DNA of 64,000 nucleotides from Naegleria gruberi (Eukaryota): NCBI GenBank assembly GCA_000004985.1, contig GG738855.1; one strand, 5' to 3'. Shown piece by piece: positions 57,581 to 64,000 of this stretch (position 1 is its first letter; each line of letters starts with the position of its first letter). The notes under the pieces were generated by a model. It saw only the letters and a program-made list of their open reading frames with translations, ran no database searches and was not told where the DNA came from. The position numbers and the translations under genes were made by a program.

Positions 57581-58543
57581 ATGCAAGACGATTGTTCAGA
57601 GTGTTGTGTGATCATTTCTCTAATTGATCACAATCCTTCCCTACAGCAGCACGATACCCTGTTCGACAAATTAAAAATTCATATGAGAAGTTATCGGAAT
57701 AGTGTACCATTTTCAATGAAGTTTGAAGAGATTAATAATATCATGTCGATGGAACATAAATTTCACTATCCTTCCCATGCCAAGGTTTCTCACTCACACA
57801 ATTGTTTGTGTATCTCTGATGATTCAAATTCTGAAGTGAAATTTTTTGATTTGACTACTCATGAATATTTAGGAGCCTTTTTTGTTGAAGGAGGAGTGAC
57901 TGGCTTGTTAATTGAAGAGAATTTTGATCATCAACAAAATGATGCTATTTATTTTGGAGAGCATATGTATACTTTTAAATATAGAGTGAAGGATTTAATG
58001 AGATTAGGATCAAGTGCTGATTGTATTTGGAAAATTGAAAGAAATCATTTGTATGGAATGGCAATTAGAACGATTGGAAATCAGAAACAATTATTCAGAT
58101 TTAGTGCTTCCCAAGGAGCTATGGATATAATAGATACTGTGAATGGAAAGGTCATTAAGGAGTTGAAGCTTGAAAAAATCAAAACAGTGACGGATATTGT
58201 TTTCATCAATCCAAAAAGAATGCTTGTTGCTGAACTTTTTCATAATACATGCTTTATTTATGATGAAATGAACGAAAATGAATGGATATTGATACATACA
58301 ATTGAAGACGCAGAGAATATTCATTTTAGTCAACCATTAGGATTGACGATTGACAGAAAAGGAGGGAAAATATTTCTTTCAGATTATGACAATCAGAGAA
58401 TTGTTGTATTTAATGAGAGTTTAGATTTGCTTTCTTGTCATTATCCAGAATCTCTGAATCCATATGGTCTTGATTTTGATGAAAGAACAGGATTACTCTA
58501 CATTACTGATCAACAAGCTTACTCCATTAGAATATTTAAATAG
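57581..58543 (+). CDS. NHL-repeat (beta-propeller) protein, 320 aa, lying between the two 5S genes.
   Basis: ATG 57581, single ORF. C-terminal NHL signatures ..LTIDRKGGKIFLSDYDNQRIVVFN.. and ..PYGLDFDERTGLLYITDQQAYSIRIFK*. No signal peptide. Confidence 0.55.
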   Translation: MQDDCSECCVIISLIDHNPSLQQHDTLFDKLKIHMRSYRNSVPFSMKFEEINNIMSMEHKFHYPSHAKVSHSHNCLCISDDSNSEVKFFDLTTHEYLGAFFVEGGVTGLLIEENFDHQQNDAIYFGEHMYTFKYRVKDLMRLGSSADCIWKIERNHLYGMAIRTIGNQKQLFRFSASQGAMDIIDTVNGKVIKELKLEKIKTVTDIVFINPKRMLVAELFHNTCFIYDEMNENEWILIHTIEDAENIHFSQPLGLTIDRKGGKIFLSDYDNQRIVVFNESLDLLSCHYPESLNPYGLDFDERTGLLYITDQQAYSIRIFK

Positions 58544-58981
58544 ATATGCCAATTATTGTACCAGTTTCTTTATGGTACTTGTTCAATATGCAAACATTCT
58601 TCGCTCCACAACAAACAGAATAAATAGTAATTTGCTTACTTTGGTTTGGTTTCAGTCAGCCACCTAACTCTTTAAATTAATTGAAAATCATTGCTGATGT
58701 AGAAAGATTTCTCTCAAATATAATCAAAGGAATTACTTGATAGTCTGAATGAATATGAACATGGAACCCATCTGTTTCCTATAATACAAACTCATTATAA
58801 TATTGGATCTTTGGACTGATGGCATTCCATTTTGTTGCAACAATCCATTGTCAAATTCTGAAATTTGAAATTTGTGAAATCTGATCAGAATTTGGTTTAA
58901 AGTAGCCATTAATCTTGTCAACTAGTATACAGTTAGTGTCACGAAAAAAACGATAAATAAACCTAAATTTATAGTTTGAAT

Positions 58982-59100
58982 GGCTACGGCCATATCACGA
59001 TGAATGCACCTCATCCCGTCCGATTTGAGAAGTTAAGCATCGTCGAGCCACATCAGTACTGAGGTTGGAGACAACTTGGGAACCTGTGGTGCTGTAGTCT
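58982..59100 (+). rRNA. 5S ribosomal RNA gene (copy 2)
   Basis: Same ~119-nt sequence as copy 1, with one visible substitution (CGTAGAGCC becomes CGTCGAGCC). Same orientation, followed by a T-run. The flanking sequences differ between the two copies. Confidence 0.85.
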
Positions 59101-59363
59101 TTTATATTTTTGTCTTTTTGTGGTTTTTAGCTCATAGAACTGGTAATACCATCAAAAGAAAAGCTAACCAAGTCTGTCTTTGTCAATGATTGAAAGCGAG
59201 TGAATCTAAACTCTGTGGATTGGGTGTTGAATAACAGCAGTCTTTTATTCTTGCTTTATCTTTCTTTTATTGGAAATGACAATGTTTTCCTTTCAATGAG
59301 TTCTGTTTTTGAAAAATAGCATAAGGCTTACCAATATTTCTAATTATTAAGATAAACAGTTTA

Positions 59364-59819
59364 TTAATCAAATTGTAACTTTTCAATTTCCTTGTTGAAA
59401 TTGTCATTTTCTGTTTCTTTAACGACAACATTAGTACTTTCTAATTTTGAACTCTTTAGCATTCTGCTTCTCAAAATTTCCATTTGATTTCTTAATTGTA
59501 ATTCTTCTCTTTTATTTCTGAGTATTTCAATTTTCACCATTTTAGCTTTGATCAAGCTTTTGAAATGTTTCGAATATTTTTCATGTGGACTGGAACTTTG
59601 ATCAGTAGGCAAGGTTTTAATTTGATTAATTAAATCAGGATCAATTTTTCTTGCATAATTCACAGCTAATTCTTTCCAATAGTATTCACTTTCGTCCAAT
59701 TGTTGACTAGTGGCCTTGTTCAAGGAATGAAGCTTTGTGAGGTGTTTTACGGACAGAAAAGTGAATATCTCCAACTGCAATGGTTGTGGTAAATTATTCC
59801 AGTGAGAATCTGTGGCCAT
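59364..59819 (-). CDS. Small F-box protein with C-terminal coiled coil
   Basis: Likely true start MATDSHWNNLPQPLQLEIFTFLSVKHLTKLHSLNKATSQ (ATG at 59817-59819). The track ORF 59364..59918 begins at a TTG. F-box-like LPxxLxLEIFxxL motif, then a K/E-rich coiled coil. Confidence 0.5.
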   Translation of the reverse strand: MATDSHWNNLPQPLQLEIFTFLSVKHLTKLHSLNKATSQQLDESEYYWKELAVNYARKIDPDLINQIKTLPTDQSSSPHEKYSKHFKSLIKAKMVKIEILRNKREELQLRNQMEILRSRMLKSSKLESTNVVVKETENDNFNKEIEKLQFD

Positions 59820-59883
59820 TTTTTTGATCAAAACATTTGACCATTCAAAATTGGTAAATTTCGAAAGTGAAAAATGTGTTGAC

Positions 59884-60984
59884 CTAGATTTTATTGAGTT
59901 CAATAATGGCCTCTTCAAGATGAAAGACAGAAGTAAAGTGGGTTCTTCCCTTCAGAACAACCATTTTGACTTTTGAATCCTGATCCAAACCAGCATTAAT
60001 TGCTGCCTGGGAGATTTTCTTAAAGTAATGCTTGGGATTGTTGGGAGCAATCATTGAATCCAATTCTGCCATTGTGATGGTAACTCTTCCAGAAACTTTT
60101 GCAATTTCATCAAGTTCGATACCCCAACTAGCCTTCAATAGAGTTGCAGATGATCTCTTCATCCCAATTCTTGTCCACTGAATGGATCTTTTCAATTCTT
60201 CAATCAATTGTGTACCTTCAGGAGCATCCTTAACTTCTGCAAACTCCTTAGGATACATACTCTCAAAGGTTTTGGTAGGGTCTTCTAGGAGTGATGGTAA
60301 TAAAATTAAATCAACCAACAAGTCATTAGTGAGTGGGCTCATTAACATTTCAAAAGCAATTCTATTTAGCATTGTTAAATTTCCAAATGGCTCATTCTCA
60401 TCATCCCTCTTTCCAAATGGTACAAACAAGTTGACATTATGGACATGCTTATTGAGATAGGCTGCAACACCACCTGCATAAGGCCCTCCCATGGATACCC
60501 CAATGACATTAAACTTTTCAATTTTCAATTCATCAATCATGAGCTGTTTCATTAATGTTGCAAACTCGGAAACTGTCACTGCATCTGATGATAAACTCAA
60601 TCCCCAGCCTTGAATCGTTGGAGCAATCAAACAAATTCCATTCCTCATTGCCATTTCATGATGTGGTTTAAAAAGTGATCCAGTACATCCATTTCCGTGC
60701 ACCATCAATGTAAATGATTTTGTTGTGCAATTCTGTTCTGCAGAACAACATCCATACATGAAATATTCCATAATTTTAACTTGTTTTTCCTTGATTAGTG
60801 TGTGATCGGAAACTCTCATTGATTTTCCACCACCTTCGACAATCCACTTTTCCACAATTTCAAGTGGTGTATTTAATAAATTTCTCTCCTTCTCCTGTTC
60901 AATGTTGTATTGTTTGATAATCATCCCAACTAGGAGAGACATCAACACAACAAGTAAAGTCATCACGACAAGCCAAATACGCAT
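59884..60984 (-). CDS. Alpha/beta-hydrolase fold protein with N-terminal signal-anchor
   Basis: ATG 60982-60984 with hydrophobic MRIWLVVMTLLVVLMSLLVGMII. Nucleophile-elbow GxSxG as VIGVSMGG. Size and hydrophobicity pattern typical of alpha/beta hydrolases. Stop at 59884 overlaps the neighbouring F-box ORF by ~35 nt in another frame. Confidence 0.55.
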   Translation of the reverse strand: MRIWLVVMTLLVVLMSLLVGMIIKQYNIEQEKERNLLNTPLEIVEKWIVEGGGKSMRVSDHTLIKEKQVKIMEYFMYGCCSAEQNCTTKSFTLMVHGNGCTGSLFKPHHEMAMRNGICLIAPTIQGWGLSLSSDAVTVSEFATLMKQLMIDELKIEKFNVIGVSMGGPYAGGVAAYLNKHVHNVNLFVPFGKRDDENEPFGNLTMLNRIAFEMLMSPLTNDLLVDLILLPSLLEDPTKTFESMYPKEFAEVKDAPEGTQLIEELKRSIQWTRIGMKRSSATLLKASWGIELDEIAKVSGRVTITMAELDSMIAPNNPKHYFKKISQAAINAGLDQDSKVKMVVLKGRTHFTSVFHLEEAIIELNKI

Positions 60985-61006
60985 TTTTTTTATTTTGTTT
61001 GCTTTA

Positions 61007-62230
61007 TTAGCAATCCTTTTTGGAATAGTTACGTAAATAGTTATTTACAGATGGTTGACTAAGGAAAGATTGTAATAATGAGTTGAATTTCATAACATTT
61101 CCATTATTCTTAATGTAATATTCGTGGAAATTGATAAAAACATAATTATAGAGCTCTTGGAGGATTGACTCGGTCATTTGCTGGTGATGAGCAGAATCCA
61201 TTTCAAAATTGAGAGTGTAGAAAATATCAGTTATTTGATGGCCTCTAATCATATCCACAATAAGACCAGAAATATTGATACCAGAGATTGCAAAAGGATA
61301 CCAAATAGATTCCTCCTCACAATCCATTAAAATATTTTGAGCATCTTTGGTATTGCTTTTTGCGAACTCTAATAAGTTTTGTAATCCCAAAATTCCCATT
61401 CCTCTAAAGTCAGTTCTGTAAAATTTAAGGAAAATAAGTTATTGAGAAATAAAATAAACATACTGAGGATGAAGTCCTTGGAATCCAACATGTTTCCAAT
61501 CCTTGGAGGTCAATTCCTCACGATCTTCCATAAAAGTCAATTCTTGATTTGGTCTAAGTGTCTTCCAAAATTCAAGAAGCATTTCCTTATGTTTTTCATT
61601 TGAGAGCTCGAATGGTGTTCTTGCCAAAGAATCCAAATGAACAATGCTCTGATTCAAATTAATCATGTGTCTCAGACAAGTTTTGCAAATTTTCTTTGAG
61701 TGTTCATCCACAAATGATTTCTTTTTAATTTTAATGAGTTTCCCAAAAACTTCATCAACATCCGTATACTTTGTACTCAAATAATTGAATGTTGTATTAT
61801 TTTCCTTGTTTGTATTTTCCTCCAATAGTGTGGCTAATTGTTTAGAATTTGTAAAACTTTGTTCTATTAATTTTCCATAATAATAATAATTTAAATATTA
61901 TTAAATTTCAATAAATTAAAATCATTACACAATTTCAATAAAAAAACTCACCAAATTGCTTTGTAACTGGGATATAATGATCAGCAGCAATACTTCCACT
62001 CACTCTAGCACTACAAATTCTCTCCAACTCACACTTTCCAGTAATAATCCTCATCACAAACTTGACAATACTATGATATTTTGAAGGAAAGAACCTAATT
62101 CATGAATCGGACTAGATTCCTCACAAATACTACATACCTCCACAAGAAAGAGACAACCATACTCCAAATAGAACTGGATGACGATGATGTCAATGATAAA
62201 GACGAGCGAGCTAGCACAGCAGATGATTTC
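61007..62230 (-). CDS. ELMO/CED-12-domain protein (ELMOD-like, putative Arf/Arl GAP), about 4 exons.
   Basis: Exons (minus strand, approximate): 62230..62162 (MKSSAVLARSS...), then ~62118..~61975, then the 61439..61825 ORF frame (..TSKDWKHVGFQGLHPQ) ending at a GTATGT donor, then 61007..61399 (..TDFRGMGILGLQNLLEFAK..). The junction gives WKHVGFQG..PQTDFRGMGILGLQNLL, the ELMOD signature (W.DIGFQG..P.TDFRG.G.LGL.NLL). Confidence 0.65.
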
Positions 62231-62418
62231 ATTTTTTTCTTATCTTTATTTGTAATGGTTGTATTTGGGTGATGAAATTTTCATACAAAAAACTCTCTAC
62301 TCCATTGCTTGAATTTATTTGTTTTTGAATTATTGATGAAAATATGAGGATTTTGATCGGATGGCTTTGATTGGATGAATTGATTGATTAGGGCACAAAT
62401 CAAGAATAGAAGAAAAAA

Positions 62419-63237
62419 ATGATTAGACAAGCAGCATCATCATTGCTTTCAAAGAGTGTTGTTGTTACGAGTAAAAATTCTGTTCTCATCAGCAGATCAT
62501 CATCAAATCAAGTATTATTATTATTAACAAAGAGAAGCTTCGGAACTCAATGTTCAACTAATTTGTTGGCTTCTAATGGTCGTAAGATTGATGTTTTCCC
62601 AGCCATTTCTAGTACACCATTTCCAGAGCATGTTGCCTCTATTTTGAGAGCACCTTTGCAAGATGTGGATATTGAAGTTTTACCTGAAGGGAGTTTGTTT
62701 TTACCAGAAATTAAGGTGGGTTTATTTTCATGATTATCATGATTAATTCGAATAGTATAGAAGAATTCTCAATAAGGCCTTTTTGCCTGGAGGATGGTGT
62801 TTAGTTCCACTCAATGATTATCAAATTTTGGATAGTGGTATAATAATTCAAGAGTATGCCTTGTTCTGTAGAGGTCAATTTGTTTCTCAAACATTTGGTG
62901 AACAAACTTATGAGGCAGGATCATTTAAGAGTATTGGAAGTGCTTTGGAAGGTTGTAAATCAAATGCTCTCATGAGATGTTGTAAAGATTTGGGAATTGG
63001 TAAGTTTTTTCTTTAGAGAATATAGTGTGGAAATATATTGAACTGATTGAATAATAATTCGAATTTTCAGCCTCTGAATTGTGGGATCCAAACTTTATCA
63101 ATGAATGGAAGAAGGAAAATGTTCTTGCTGTATTGTGTGAAAATGCCAAAACGAAAGCCAATAAGGTTCTCTATCGTCGTAAAGATAGACCAACATTCCA
63201 ATATCCTTGGACTGAAAAGAGTATTATTAAAAAGTAA
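62419..63237 (+). CDS. MGM101-like mitochondrial genome maintenance (Rad52-type) protein. Three exons, approximately 62419..62715, 62777..62999 and 63071..63237.
   Basis: Exon 1: N-terminus rich in S/R/K and free of acidic residues (presequence-like), ending ..[11 protein letters not shown] then a GTGGGT donor. Exon 2: [14 protein letters not shown]...[24 protein letters not shown]...[17 protein letters not shown]. Exon 3 after ..ttttcag: [18 protein letters not shown]...[19 protein letters not shown]. Phases consistent (687 nt, 228 aa). The family assignment rests on my recollection of the conserved Mgm101 core. Confidence 0.55.
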
Positions 63238-63506
63238 ATAATCTACCCATTAAATGATCTATTTAATTTGAAATTCCAATCGCTATTGTTGCAACAACAA
63301 TTCATTGCAAATCCTACTCTTTGATGATATGGTGTTAACTAATTGGTGTTGGAAACCCAAAGTTCAATCCTCAATGATCTTCCTTAAGAACCGTTTTTGA
63401 AATATTGGGCGTTCCTAAGAATTCACCACAATTTACTGTAGCGTTCTTTTTAAAAATCCTCTTGCTTGGATGCCCAGACAAGCTTGATTGTTCGAAGAAG
63501 AAAAAA

Positions 63507-64000
63507 ATGGCCAATTCAAAGGGTCGCCCTATTGTCTCACTAACTACTTCAAATACATTCACACACAAAACATGGAGGTACATTGCTACCATTGTGTTAG
63601 TGTTGTTAGCATTCTTGAGTATTAGCTCTTCTCTCGCAGTGGAAGGAAAAAAAGTACTGGAATTAATTGGACACAGAGGAGCTCCAAATTTAAGACCTGA
63701 GCATAGTTATGAATCCTATTTATTAGCCTATCAACAAGGTGCTGATTATATTGAATTTGATGTCATGCCATCCAAAGATGGTGTTTTAATGGTTTCACAT
63801 AGTAATGAGCTTTCGGGTAAGTTCAATAATTACAATAGAATTACTTGCCAATTTAAAAAGAAATAACCAACGTTGCTCATGTTTCAAAGTTTGCCAGTAA
63901 AAAGACAACCAAAGTAGTTGACTTTAAAACCTATAAGGGATGGTTTATGGAAGATTTCACACTCTCAGAATTATACGAATTACGTTTGAGACAAAGATAT
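63507..64000 (+). CDS. Glycerophosphodiester phosphodiesterase (GDPD)-domain protein with N-terminal signal-anchor. 3' partial, at least 2 exons.
   Basis: ATG 63507. TM segment WRYIATIVLVLLAFLSISSSLAV. GDPD-type IGHRGAPNLRPEHSYESYLLAYQQGADYIEFDV...SKDGVLMVSHSNELSG. GTAAGT donor at ~63817, acceptor ..tttcaaag at ~63885. The frame continues FASKKTTKVVDFKTYKGWFMEDFTLSELYELRL to the window end. Confidence 0.55.

Noticed and set aside
57000-59300. Nematode-style 5S / spliced-leader RNA tandem unit.
   Set aside because: I looked for an SL1-like sequence (GGTTTAATTACCCAAGTTTGAG) and an Sm-site-bearing small RNA near either 5S copy and found none. The intervening sequence encodes a protein.
1-64000. 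Prokaryotic-style features (CRISPR array, operons, defence islands, Shine-Dalgarno-driven ORFs).
   Set aside because: Spliceosomal introns, a eukaryotic 5S and tRNA with Pol III terminators, and a eukaryote-specific gene set (Vps11, PIG-U, CLN3, BEACH, ELMOD, Tctex) show this is nuclear eukaryotic DNA. No short regularly spaced direct repeats were seen.

Overview
This 64-kb window is nuclear DNA from an AT-rich eukaryote. It is not prokaryotic: there are no operons and no CRISPR arrays. Genes are tightly packed on both strands, about 30 protein genes plus one tRNA and two 5S rRNA genes. Many genes are interrupted by very short introns of roughly 40-130 nt with GTAAGT or GTATGT donors and (T)AG acceptors. 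I reconstructed these introns by hand from frame continuity and protein-family motifs. Hand-derived splice coordinates are approximate (± a few nt), because my within-line position reading disagreed with the ORF-track coordinates by 1 nt at several check points. The ORF track over-calls short ORFs, and it labels non-ATG starts (TTG or GTG) as M, so several listed M starts are not real initiation codons. Genes identified by motif or homology are listed here. Vps11-like RING protein (5' partial). Signal peptidase subunit SPCS3. A giant mosaic gene of about 9.4 kb: an M66/StcE-type zinc metalloprotease fused to PSI repeats, about 20 EGF repeats and a C-terminal membrane anchor. TMEM97-like protein. 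tRNA-Val(AAC). A 2-phosphoglycerate-kinase-like P-loop protein. Sphingosine-1-phosphate lyase. A frameshifted piggyBac-type transposase. A mucin-like EGF protein. GPI transamidase subunit PIG-U. Tctex-type dynein light chain. A 1406-aa acidic coiled-coil protein. A 2050-aa protein with NHL repeats, EGF repeats and a transmembrane segment. tRNA isopentenyltransferase. A Rab-like GTPase containing a 6-nt micro-exon. A coiled-coil Q-rich protein. MRT4. A BEACH/WD40 protein of the LvsA/neurobeachin type. An F-box/LRR protein. CLN3/battenin. Two near-identical 5S rRNA genes flanking an NHL-repeat gene. A second F-box protein. An alpha/beta hydrolase. An ELMO-domain protein. MGM101-like mitochondrial protein. 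A GDPD-domain protein (3' partial). The gene repertoire suggests an amoebozoan, perhaps dictyostelid-like, source. Supporting features are the dictomallein-like M66 protease, tenascin-type EGF proteins, an LvsA-like BEACH protein, MGM101, homopolymer Q/S/T runs and AT-rich mini-introns. This is inference only. I found no single novel 'system'. The most unusual items are the mosaic protease/PSI/EGF gene, the 5S-NHL-5S arrangement, the decayed piggyBac, the 6-nt micro-exon encoding the catalytic Gln of a Rab-like GTPase, and an ATG-less ORF with an out-of-frame upstream ATG.
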